Source: Bacteroidia bacterium (lineage in GTDB: Bacteria > Bacteroidota > Bacteroidia > Bacteroidales > VadinHA17). From it: a DNA stretch of 44,166 nucleotides. Both the position numbers and the translations under genes were made by a program. The DNA lies in the NCBI GenBank assembly GCA_026391515.1, contig JAPLEC010000435.1:1-44166 (forward strand), read 5' to 3'. Below are positions 36,455 to 44,166 of this stretch, one piece after another (position 1 is the stretch's first letter; each line of letters opens with the position of its first letter). The notes under the pieces were generated by a model that saw only the letters and a list, made by a program, of their open reading frames with translations, was not told the origin of the DNA and ran no database searches.

Positions 36455-37279
36455 ATGGCAAATAACCAGAACATATATAAACCCATAAAGGCAAAACTGA
36501 CAGATGTCATTGAGGAATCGCCTCTGATAAAGACATTTGTTCTTATTCCTGAAGAAGAGTTCTCGTTCAAAACAGGCCAATTCATTGAATTGTCTGTTGA
36601 CGGGATCGGGGAAGCTCCTTTTACCCCTTCTTCTTCCCCTCATGTTACGGATAAACTTGAAGTGACAATTATGAAAACAGGTTATGTAACTGAATACATG
36701 CATAATCTGAAGCCGGGAGGATACATGGGAATAAGGGGACCATACGGGCGAGGGTATCCTGTTGAAACTTTTTTCGGCAAGGAGGTGCTGATCCTTGGAG
36801 GCGGCTGCGGCCTTGCTCCCATCAGATCGTTATTGTATGCATTGGAACATGTGAAGGACAAACTAAAAAAAGTCATTCTTTGCTACGGATCGAAAACTCC
36901 GTCAGACTGTATTTATAAACCTCTTTTTGCCAGGCTGAACCAGATAGAAAAATTTGAAGCTTACCGAACTGTTGATAAAGCTGACGAAGAGTGGGATGGC
37001 TCAGTCGGTGTCGCTACCACATTGCTGAATACTATAAAAGTCGATATAAAGAATTCCGTAGCAGTTGTTTGCGGACCTCCGATCATGATGAAATTCGGAA
37101 CCATACGGATTATAGAAATGGGATACACCGATGATCAGATATACCTTTCTATGGAAAAAAATATGTCATGCGGTCTAGGTAAATGCGGTCATTGTATGAT
37201 GGGTGAATTCTTTGTCTGCAAAGATGGTCCGGTCTTTACATACAAAGAATTAAAAAATACCCCTGATATCTGGAAATAA
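36455..37279 (+). CDS. AsrB / sulfhydrogenase gamma-like FAD/NAD(P)H oxidoreductase with 2Fe-2S
   Basis: GQF, GEAPF, RGPYGRGY, GGGCGLAP, CGPPIMM, MSCGLGKCGHC..CKDGPVF. Confidence 0.9.
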   Translation: MANNQNIYKPIKAKLTDVIEESPLIKTFVLIPEEEFSFKTGQFIELSVDGIGEAPFTPSSSPHVTDKLEVTIMKTGYVTEYMHNLKPGGYMGIRGPYGRGYPVETFFGKEVLILGGGCGLAPIRSLLYALEHVKDKLKKVILCYGSKTPSDCIYKPLFARLNQIEKFEAYRTVDKADEEWDGSVGVATTLLNTIKVDIKNSVAVVCGPPIMMKFGTIRIIEMGYTDDQIYLSMEKNMSCGLGKCGHCMMGEFFVCKDGPVFTYKELKNTPDIWK

Positions 37280-37313
37280 AAATCCAGGGAAAATTTTAAT
37301 TAGTTGACGACAA

Positions 37314-37784
37314 ATGAAAACTGAGAGCAATAAAGTAATAATAGAAGACCTGAAAAAAATAAGGTTTTTCGAAGGATACAGCGATAAGCAACTGACTGCA
37401 ATTGTGGAGATGAGTTCTGTTAAAGAGTTCAAGGTTAAGGAAATACTTTTTGAACAATACGATGAACTCCATGATGTTGATATACTTCTTGAAGGTTCAT
37501 TATCGCTTGGAATAAGCCTGGCTCATGAAAAAAGAATTCACCTTGGTACTATTGAAGAAGGTCAGCTTTTTTCATGGTCGGCTGTATTCAGTCCTTATAT
37601 ATCAACTGCATGGGTAATGGCAATGAAACCGGCAAAAGTAATATCAATAAATGCAAAGCAGCTGAATAAAAAGATTGAAGAGGATTGCGATTTCGGATTT
37701 AAAACAATGTCAAAAATTGCCCAGACTATTTCGCACAGGTTAAGCGACACAAGATTCCAGCTTATGAACCAGATGACAATTTAA
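37314..37784 (+). CDS. Stand-alone cyclic-nucleotide-binding domain protein
   Basis: Crp-like beta-roll pattern (FFEG, ILFEQ, LLEGSLSL, GQLFSWSA); 156 aa, no C-terminal HTH. Confidence 0.8.
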   Translation: MKTESNKVIIEDLKKIRFFEGYSDKQLTAIVEMSSVKEFKVKEILFEQYDELHDVDILLEGSLSLGISLAHEKRIHLGTIEEGQLFSWSAVFSPYISTAWVMAMKPAKVISINAKQLNKKIEEDCDFGFKTMSKIAQTISHRLSDTRFQLMNQMTI

Positions 37785-37791
37785 AAAATAA

Positions 37792-37871
37792 ACCCCCTTC
37801 CCTGCTTTCCCCGCCAGCTGGCGGGGGAAGGAGTGAAAAGCATCCCGCTTAGGCGGGACGGGAAAGGGGGT
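37792..37871. repeat. REP-like inverted element with nested mini-palindromes
   Basis: accccc-ttccc...gggaaa-gggggt enclosing ccccgccagctggcgggg and tcccgcttaggcggga. Confidence 0.7.
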
Positions 37872-37905
37872 AAAAAAGAAAGAGTTAAAGTAAAAAAGAG
37901 TGATA

Positions 37906-38397
37906 ATGAAGATACTGATAGATATGATAAAGCTTCGTGCTGCCATGATTGAAAATTCAACCATGACATTGCCTGAAGCTTATTTCTATCCGTCAGCCAA
38001 TACTAATGGTCTTAAGACAATCCGTGAGCTTGCCACATTCAGGTTCACCTGCAGGAAATGCGAGGATGCTCCATGTATCAGCGTTTGTCCGGCAGAAGCT
38101 CTTGAAAAAGATGAAGATGGTATTATTACACGGTTTACCAATCTTTGTGTATCATGCAAATCGTGTGTTACAATCTGTCCGTTCGGCACAATGATGACCG
38201 ATTTTTTCAAGCATCACAGGAACAGGGATATTTTATATGATCTCAAAGATGGCAATGCTGTTGAAAAATTCATCAAAGCCTGTCCGGCAGGAACAGTAAC
38301 ACTTACCGATGAAGATGAGTCGCCTGCAAAGAATATTTACAGGCTCAATGATAAAGTACTGATAAAAGATTATTTATATATAACTGAAAAACAGTAA
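37906..38397 (+). CDS. HycB/CooF/DmsB-like Fe-S protein retaining two 4Fe-4S motifs
   Basis: CRKCEDAPCISVCP and CVSCKSCVTICPFG; ATG 37906 gives the family-like start MKILID. Confidence 0.8.
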   Translation: MKILIDMIKLRAAMIENSTMTLPEAYFYPSANTNGLKTIRELATFRFTCRKCEDAPCISVCPAEALEKDEDGIITRFTNLCVSCKSCVTICPFGTMMTDFFKHHRNRDILYDLKDGNAVEKFIKACPAGTVTLTDEDESPAKNIYRLNDKVLIKDYLYITEKQ

Positions 38398-38407
38398 ATT
38401 ACGACCT

Positions 38408-39340
38408 ATGGCAGTTAATTTGTTTTATTTTCTTGTCTTCCCCGGCCTGCTGTTTGCAGGAGTTGTCGGAGCCTTTCTTTCGTGGTTCGACAGGAAGATT
38501 TCTGCCAGGGTCCAGTTCCGCAAAGGGCCTCCACTGCTTCAACCTTTTTACGACTTCTTCAAATTACTATTGGTCAAGGAAACAATACTTCCAAAGCACG
38601 GATCTCCGTTGGTATTTCTGATAGCACCCATCTTTGCGGTTTTTGGTGCGACAATGGCTGGAGTTTTCATTCTTCTACCTTTATTTAATATAACTACCGG
38701 CTTCAGGGGCGATCTGCTTGTCATATTCTACTTGCTGACAATCCCTTCATTTTCGTATATCATCGGAGCACTTGCTTCGGGTAATCCGCTTGCAGCTGTC
38801 GGTGGTTCAAGGGAGATGAAGCTTATAATCAGCTACGAGCTTACCTTCCTTCTGGTTATTGCCGGCGTTATAATGAAATGTGGACAGAAATTTGATCTCG
38901 ACTCAATAATTCAAACACAGCAGGCAGGATCTCCGTTTATCGGAAGCATTTCAGGTGTCCTGTTATTTATTGCAGGTATATTTTGCATCCAGGCTAAGCT
39001 GGCGCTCGTTCCATTCGACATGCCTGAAGCGGAAGCTGAAATAACTGAAGGAATTTTTATTGAATATTCCGGAGCCGCTTATGCGATGATAAAGCTTACA
39101 AAATATATTATGTTTTTCATATTGCCGGCTTTTCTTATTGCACTGTTAATGAACGGATTCAAATTGGAAGGGATCGGTATTTTGTGGGCAGTGCTTAAAG
39201 TTCTGGCAGTTGTTCTGGCTCTCACTTTAATAAAGAACACAAATCCGAGGATAAAGATCAAGCAGGCTATAAGCTTCTTCTTAATCTGGATGAATCTGTT
39301 GGTAGTTATTGCCCTGGTACTAATTGCATTTGGTTATTAA
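38408..39340 (+). CDS. Group 4 hydrogenase membrane subunit (NuoH/MbhM/EchB-like)
   Basis: DRKISARVQFRKGPP, QPFYDFFKLL, PFDMPEAE, IEYSG, NPR. Confidence 0.92.
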   Translation: MAVNLFYFLVFPGLLFAGVVGAFLSWFDRKISARVQFRKGPPLLQPFYDFFKLLLVKETILPKHGSPLVFLIAPIFAVFGATMAGVFILLPLFNITTGFRGDLLVIFYLLTIPSFSYIIGALASGNPLAAVGGSREMKLIISYELTFLLVIAGVIMKCGQKFDLDSIIQTQQAGSPFIGSISGVLLFIAGIFCIQAKLALVPFDMPEAEAEITEGIFIEYSGAAYAMIKLTKYIMFFILPAFLIALLMNGFKLEGIGILWAVLKVLAVVLALTLIKNTNPRIKIKQAISFFLIWMNLLVVIALVLIAFGY

Positions 39341-39439
39341 GAGCGTGTAATAAATGTTTAAATGAATATTATAAATCGTAAATTGATAATTTGATTAAGT
39401 ATTAATAAAGTGTTGTAATATTTTTCTTATTACACACTC
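39341..39439. mobile_element. 99-bp MITE-like element with 13-bp terminal inverted repeats and TAA target duplication
   Basis: TAA|GAGCGTGTAATAA...TTATTACACACTC|TAA; 12/13 IR match; very AT-rich interior. Confidence 0.65.
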
Positions 39440-39453
39440 TAAATATAATAGTT

Positions 39454-39864
39454 GTGGGTTTTAAAAATTATTGCTTCAAAAAATCGCTCTGGGTCTTCCA
39501 TTTCGGAGGAGCCTCCTGCAATAATTGTGATATTGAGATTCTGGATTGTCTGACACCGAGACATGACCTTGAACGATTTGGAATTCTTCTGGTGGGAAGC
39601 ATAAGGCATGCCGATGTTCTGCTTGTAAACGGGTCTATAAACATGCATGATAAAGAGCGACTTATTGAGGTTTATAACCAGGCTCCGAAACCGATACTTG
39701 TTATTGCTATTGGTGCGTGCGGATGTACAGGAGGATTTTTCACCGAGAGTTATACATTTGCAGGACCAGTTGATAAAATCATCCCGGTCGATGCGTACGT
39801 TCCGGGGTGTCCTCCAAAACCGGAAGCGATTATAGCGGGGATTGTGAAGCTGTTGAATAAATAG
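39454..39864 (+). CDS. Group 4 [NiFe]-hydrogenase small subunit (NuoB/MbhJ/EchC-like)
   Basis: SCNNCDIE, RHADVL, GACGCTGG, PGCPPKPE. Confidence 0.93.
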   Translation: MGFKNYCFKKSLWVFHFGGASCNNCDIEILDCLTPRHDLERFGILLVGSIRHADVLLVNGSINMHDKERLIEVYNQAPKPILVIAIGACGCTGGFFTESYTFAGPVDKIIPVDAYVPGCPPKPEAIIAGIVKLLNK

Positions 39865-39872
39865 CACCCATA

Positions 39873-40013
39873 GATCCCCTCCTAGGAGGGGCAAGGGGTG
39901 GGTTTTAAAAGATAAAAGACAAAAGATAAAAGAAAAAAGAAAAAAACAAAAGATCCCCTCCTAGGAGAGCCTGTCCCGCGTAGCTTTAGCGAAGTGGGGG
40001 CAAGGGGTTGGTT
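39873..40013 (+). repeat. Two REP-like CCCCTCC hairpins separated by AAAGAYA heptamers; second copy has a 30-bp insert
   Basis: gatcccctcctaggaggggcaaggggtgggtt at 39873; same element at 39952 interrupted at 39968-39997. Confidence 0.85.
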
Positions 40014-40035
40014 AAAAAAACTGAATATCAGTTAA

Positions 40036-40479
40036 ATGGATACAAAAACGATCATAGGAGAATTTAAAGAGAAATTTAAATCTGCTATTCTTGGTGAAGT
40101 AGCTAAGAATGAGAAGCGTGTGATCATTTCTATAAAACCTGATTCCATTTTGAAGGTTGCGGATTATTTATATAAAACTGATGGTTTCAGGTTTATTATT
40201 GCTTCAGCATTACATACAAAAGAAGGATTTGAGATCCATTACCATTTCAGTAAAGATGAAATCGGACTTATTCTCAACATACATGTCCTCCTCGATAAGA
40301 ATAAGCCGGAAATTGAATCACTATCGAACATGTTCAATGCTTCGAACTGGATAGAACGGGAGATGCATGAACTGTTAGGCATCAATTTTCTGAATCATCC
40401 GAATCAGGAGAAGCTGATTTCGGAAGGTAACTGGGCTGAAGGAATTTATCCATTACGAAAGGAATTTAAAAACTCGTAA
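40036..40479 (+). CDS. Group 4 hydrogenase NuoC/MbhK/EchD-like subunit
   Basis: YHFS, WIEREMHELLGINFLNHP, YPLRK. Confidence 0.9.
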   Translation: MDTKTIIGEFKEKFKSAILGEVAKNEKRVIISIKPDSILKVADYLYKTDGFRFIIASALHTKEGFEIHYHFSKDEIGLILNIHVLLDKNKPEIESLSNMFNASNWIEREMHELLGINFLNHPNQEKLISEGNWAEGIYPLRKEFKNS

Positions 40480-40487
40480 AAGAGACA

Positions 40488-41696
40488 ATGAGTAAGAAGA
40501 CACTTATACCGATCGGACCTTATCACCCATTGCAGGAAGAGCCTGAATTATTCAAGCTCTATTGTGACGGAGAGATTGTCAAGGACATTAAATGGGAAAC
40601 CGGGTATAACCACAGGGGAATTGAAAAACTCAGTGAATCAAAGACTTATGAGCAGATATTCTTCCTTGTTGAACGTATTTGCGGTATATGCTCAAATTCT
40701 CACCCGTTTGCTTTTGCCAACGCAGTTGAAGAGATAGCTGACATTGAACTTACAAACAGGGCAAAATATATCAGAACAATAATTGCAGAGCTTGAGCGGA
40801 TACACAGCCATTTGTTATGGGTCGGTCTTGCCGGGCACTTTCTGGGCTATAATACTGTTTTCATGTGGGCATGGAAATACCGCGAGCCTACTCTCGATCT
40901 TTTTGAAATGATCTCAGGAAACAGGAACAGCTATGCAATGTTTAAAGTGGGCGGTGTAAGAAGAGATATTGAAGAAGCAAAAATCCCTGTTATACAGAAA
41001 GTTCTGGATGATATTAAGAAGAAGACCGATCTGCTGACAGGTGCTGTGATGGATGATCCTGTCATTCACGCAAGAACAAAAGGAGTTGGCATTCTGACCA
41101 AGCAGGATGTCATTGATTATGGAGCTGTAGGCCCGACAGCAAGAGCTTCTGGTCTGGCAATCGATGTACGAAAGGATGATCCTTATGCAGCTTACCCGCT
41201 GGTTAACTGGAAAGTGATTACCGCAGAAGCCGGTGATGTATTCGCTAAAGCCCAGGTCAGATTACTCGAGATGTACGAATCAATATCAATTATTGAACAA
41301 TGTCTCGATGGTCTTAAAAAGGAAAAAGAGGGAGCCATTGAGGTAAAAGTCAAGGAGATTCCCGAGGGAATTGGCAATGGCCGGGCAGAAGCACCACGCG
41401 GCGAAGTGTTCCACTTTGTGCAGTCGGATGGATCTAATTCACCCGTCAGGCATAAGATACGGGCTCCAAGCTATGTAAATATTGCGACCTTCAGAAAATC
41501 GTGTGTAGGACAGACTATTGCCGACGCAACAATTTCATTGGCTGCAGTTGATCCATGTTATTGCTGCACTGAACGTATGGCAGTCGCTTATGACAATAGT
41601 TCAGGTAAAAAGATCCTGAACGCAAAGGAATTAATTGATCTTTCAATATTGAAAACAGCGGAAATAAAGAAAACTTTATCAGGACGGAATGAATGA
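40488..41696 (+). CDS. Group 4 [NiFe]-hydrogenase large subunit
   Basis: GPYHP, HRGIEK, L1 ERICGICSNSH, EAPRGE, RAPS, L2 DPCYCCTER. Confidence 0.95.
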   Translation: MSKKTLIPIGPYHPLQEEPELFKLYCDGEIVKDIKWETGYNHRGIEKLSESKTYEQIFFLVERICGICSNSHPFAFANAVEEIADIELTNRAKYIRTIIAELERIHSHLLWVGLAGHFLGYNTVFMWAWKYREPTLDLFEMISGNRNSYAMFKVGGVRRDIEEAKIPVIQKVLDDIKKKTDLLTGAVMDDPVIHARTKGVGILTKQDVIDYGAVGPTARASGLAIDVRKDDPYAAYPLVNWKVITAEAGDVFAKAQVRLLEMYESISIIEQCLDGLKKEKEGAIEVKVKEIPEGIGNGRAEAPRGEVFHFVQSDGSNSPVRHKIRAPSYVNIATFRKSCVGQTIADATISLAAVDPCYCCTERMAVAYDNSSGKKILNAKELIDLSILKTAEIKKTLSGRNE

Positions 41697-43563
41697 GTTT
41701 ATCTCCATATTTACACGACCTGTTGACAGCCAGGTTCTGCAATTCATTATCTTATTGCCCATCCTTGGGGGGTTATTACTTCTTTTCATTCCTGAGAAAT
41801 TCAGAACTTATAAAGGGCTGATTGCTATTCTGATAAGTGTCATTACAGGTTATTTGACAATTGTTATTTATCGTTCAGAAAACCAGATGCTGAGCCAGGA
41901 TCAGTTGTTTTCAGGATCACTCCTGCTTCATGGTTTTGGCAGGTTTCTGACATTCAACATCGATAATCTGAGTAAGCTGATTATTTTGTTTATCAGTCTC
42001 TTTGCTCTCTTAATTCTTGTATACTCAATTGTTTATATTAAAGAAGGAAGAGTTAAGAATTATTATCCTTATTTCCTGATTACCCTTGGCTGTTCATACG
42101 GAGCCATTTTGTCTGATAATCTTCTTCTGTTTCTGTTCTTCTGGGGAATCCTCGGACTGACATTATATAAGCTTATCCATGGTCATGATGAAGAGAGCTC
42201 GGCAACAGCCAAGAAAACTCTTATTCTGATTGGTGCGTCCGATAGCATTATGATTATAGGAATAGCCATAATCTGGAAAATTACAGGTTCGCTGAGCATG
42301 GGTGGAGTAAAAGTGCCGACCACGAATATTGTTTCAGTGGTTGCTTTCCTGGCTTTGCTGACAGGCAGTTTTACCAAGGCAGGTGCCTTCCCTTTCCATA
42401 CCTGGGTCCCTGATTATGCAAAGAGTGCTCCTGCTTCTTCATCGGCTTACCTTCCGGCATCACTTGATAAGCTCCTTGGGATATATTTTCTTGCGAGGAT
42501 TACCACTGATATGTTTGTGCTTAATGGATTCCTGACTTTTCTGCTTCTCTTAACAGGCGTCATAACGATTATTATTGCCGTTATGATGGCCCTTATTCAA
42601 CATAATTACAAAAGATTGCTTGGATTCCATGCCGTGTCCCAGGTTGGATATATGATCCTTGGACTTGGCCTTGGATCAACGATTGGTGTTGCAGCCGGTC
42701 TTTTCCATATGGTTAACCATGCTCTCTATAAGAGTGGACTTTTTCTGTCTGCCGGAAGTATTGAATATCGTACTGGAAAAGAAGAAATTGAAGATCTGGG
42801 TGGCTTGTCAAAAGCAATGCCGATTACCTTCTTTGCATCTCTCGTCTTTGCCATGTCGATTTCAGGAGTGCCTCCATTCAACGGGTTTGCTTCCAAATGG
42901 ATGATCTACCAGGGAATAATTGATTTTGGTTCAGGTACCGGAATTGCAAACAAGTTATGGATATTATGGCTTGGTCTGGCAGTACTTGGATCGGCTCTTA
43001 CGCTGGCAAGTTTCATTAAACTTATTGGAGGAATCTTCCTGAGCAGAAGGAAAGCAGAGTTTGAAAATATAAAGGAAGTTCCCGTGATAATGTGGTTACC
43101 ATTGGTTATTCTCTCTGTATTTTGTATCCTGTTTGGTGTATTTGCGACAAAAGTTGTATCTAAATTATTCATGCCGATAACTGGTCCATTTAAATTCACA
43201 GGGTTCTGGGATTCTTCATTTGTTTCACTACTTGTTATTATCTCACTGATTCTTGGAATAATACTTTATCTTGCTCTTAATATTAAAAAATTCAGGACTG
43301 AAGATAGCTTTATAGGCGGTGAAAGAATTCAGGACCGGACCAGTTATGCAACAACGGAGTTCTATAAGACTATTGGGGAATTTAAATTTTTCTCCTGGAT
43401 ATATAAAAAAGCTGAAGAGCGGTGGTTCGATTTATATGATTTATGCAAACAATTTGTGCTCTGGCTGAGCCACCAATTGAGTGAAGCTCATTCAGGTGTG
43501 TTAACGGGGTATATTATCTGGGTCTGTGCCGGACTGATTATTATGTTGCTCATTATGATATAA
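41689..43563 (+). CDS. Antiporter-like membrane subunit (NuoL/MrpA/HyfB-like)
   Basis: KAGAFPFHTWVP, KRLLGFHAVSQVGY, NHALYKSGLFL, SGVPPFNGFASKW, FIGGE. Confidence 0.9.
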   Translation: MNEFISIFTRPVDSQVLQFIILLPILGGLLLLFIPEKFRTYKGLIAILISVITGYLTIVIYRSENQMLSQDQLFSGSLLLHGFGRFLTFNIDNLSKLIILFISLFALLILVYSIVYIKEGRVKNYYPYFLITLGCSYGAILSDNLLLFLFFWGILGLTLYKLIHGHDEESSATAKKTLILIGASDSIMIIGIAIIWKITGSLSMGGVKVPTTNIVSVVAFLALLTGSFTKAGAFPFHTWVPDYAKSAPASSSAYLPASLDKLLGIYFLARITTDMFVLNGFLTFLLLLTGVITIIIAVMMALIQHNYKRLLGFHAVSQVGYMILGLGLGSTIGVAAGLFHMVNHALYKSGLFLSAGSIEYRTGKEEIEDLGGLSKAMPITFFASLVFAMSISGVPPFNGFASKWMIYQGIIDFGSGTGIANKLWILWLGLAVLGSALTLASFIKLIGGIFLSRRKAEFENIKEVPVIMWLPLVILSVFCILFGVFATKVVSKLFMPITGPFKFTGFWDSSFVSLLVIISLILGIILYLALNIKKFRTEDSFIGGERIQDRTSYATTEFYKTIGEFKFFSWIYKKAEERWFDLYDLCKQFVLWLSHQLSEAHSGVLTGYIIWVCAGLIIMLLIMI

Positions 43564-43577
43564 ATAACTCAAGCTAA

Positions 43578-44105
43578 ATGGAAATTGCCATATCCATAAT
43601 AACCGGGTTGATGATCTTGGGAGCGTTGTACGCCATTCATGCAAAAGATCTGCTTTCAGCTGTGATAGCTTGCGGCATTGTCGGCTATGGTCTGGTGATA
43701 TGTTTCCTTCTTCTTAAAGCTCCTGACCTTGCAATTGTTCAAATTGTTGTGGAGACAATCACTCTTATTATTATGGTTGCCGTTGTTCTTGACAGCTCAA
43801 GGGAAGAAAAATTCTCAAAACCCGATCCACAGGAATATATTTCAATTGTAACGAGCATATTTTTTATTGTGATATTGTTCTACTTCTTTAAGATAGCTAT
43901 AGGTAGTCTTGATGCATTTGGTGAAAGCACACTGCGTATGGCAGGTCCTTATATTGAAGGAGCGACTGCAAAAACAGGCAGCGCTAATCTTGTTACAGGT
44001 GTCGTTTTTGATTTCAGAGGATATGACACCATGGGTGAAGCAACGGTTCTGGTAACTGCAGTGCTGGGGGTATTGACAATCTTACGCATTAAAGGAAAAA
44101 AATAA
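43578..44105 (+). CDS. Fused MbhD/MbhE-like (DUF4040 + MnhB-type) Mrp-module subunit
   Basis: [10 protein letters not shown] and [18 protein letters not shown]. Confidence 0.85.
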   Translation: MEIAISIITGLMILGALYAIHAKDLLSAVIACGIVGYGLVICFLLLKAPDLAIVQIVVETITLIIMVAVVLDSSREEKFSKPDPQEYISIVTSIFFIVILFYFFKIAIGSLDAFGESTLRMAGPYIEGATAKTGSANLVTGVVFDFRGYDTMGEATVLVTAVLGVLTILRIKGKK

Positions 44106-44113
44106 AATACAAG

Positions 44114-44166
44114 GATTCCCTCCCAGGAGAGGCAAGGGGTGGGTTTTAAAAGACAAAAGACAAAAG
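44114..44166 (+). repeat. REP-like hairpin plus AAAGAYA heptamers (runs off window)
   Basis: 49/53 identical to 39873-39925. Confidence 0.85.

Noticed and set aside
35457-37279. Anaerobic sulfite reductase AsrABC completing the cys pathway
   Set aside because: No siroheme AsrC subunit follows; the genes lead into hydrogenase subunits
39341-39439. Invertible promoter (phase-variation switch)
   Set aside because: TAA duplication and GAG ends fit a MITE better; no recombinase nearby and no clear TAnnTTTG box inside, though inversion cannot be excluded without reads
39439-39894. 151-aa minus-strand ORF
   Set aside because: Antisense shadow of the hydrogenase small subunit
38408-43563. Respiratory complex I or the Ni-free Mbx/Mbs/Ehr complex
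   Set aside because: The large subunit keeps both CxxC Ni-Fe motifs and a full hyp operon is adjacent

Overview
AT-rich window from an anaerobic bacterium, most likely Bacteroidota/Bacteroidales (inferred from gene style, lipoprotein signals and TAnnTTTG-like boxes). 1-12.1 kb is a pectin/rhamnogalacturonan utilisation locus: exuT, LacI regulator, uxaE, and a convergent GH35, GH28, GH105, PL11-like and GH106-like cluster. 12.2-24.3 kb holds housekeeping genes (MsbA-like ABC transporter, purB, mqnA, GNAT, HD protein, DUF2061-cysH-cysD-cysN, dinB, iron-sulfur flavoprotein). 24.4-44.2 kb is a roughly 20-kb hydrogen-metabolism island. It carries a trimeric [FeFe]-hydrogenase with non-bifurcating NADH-dependent signatures and a rex-hypFCDEAB operon. 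Divergent from rex is an operon that joins a sulfhydrogenase/AsrAB-type NAD(P)H module, a stand-alone cNMP-binding protein and a half-degenerate polyferredoxin to a membrane-bound group 4 [NiFe]-hydrogenase with Mrp-like subunits; the operon probably continues past the window. Rex-type palindromes sit on both divergent start codons. The rex/hypF junction is one base away from a Rex-HypF fusion. Intergenic spaces are full of REP-like hairpins, nested mini-palindromes, 7/8/10-mer repeat arms and one 99-bp MITE. No rRNA, tRNA or CRISPR array was seen. Family calls rest on motif recognition only; no searches were run.
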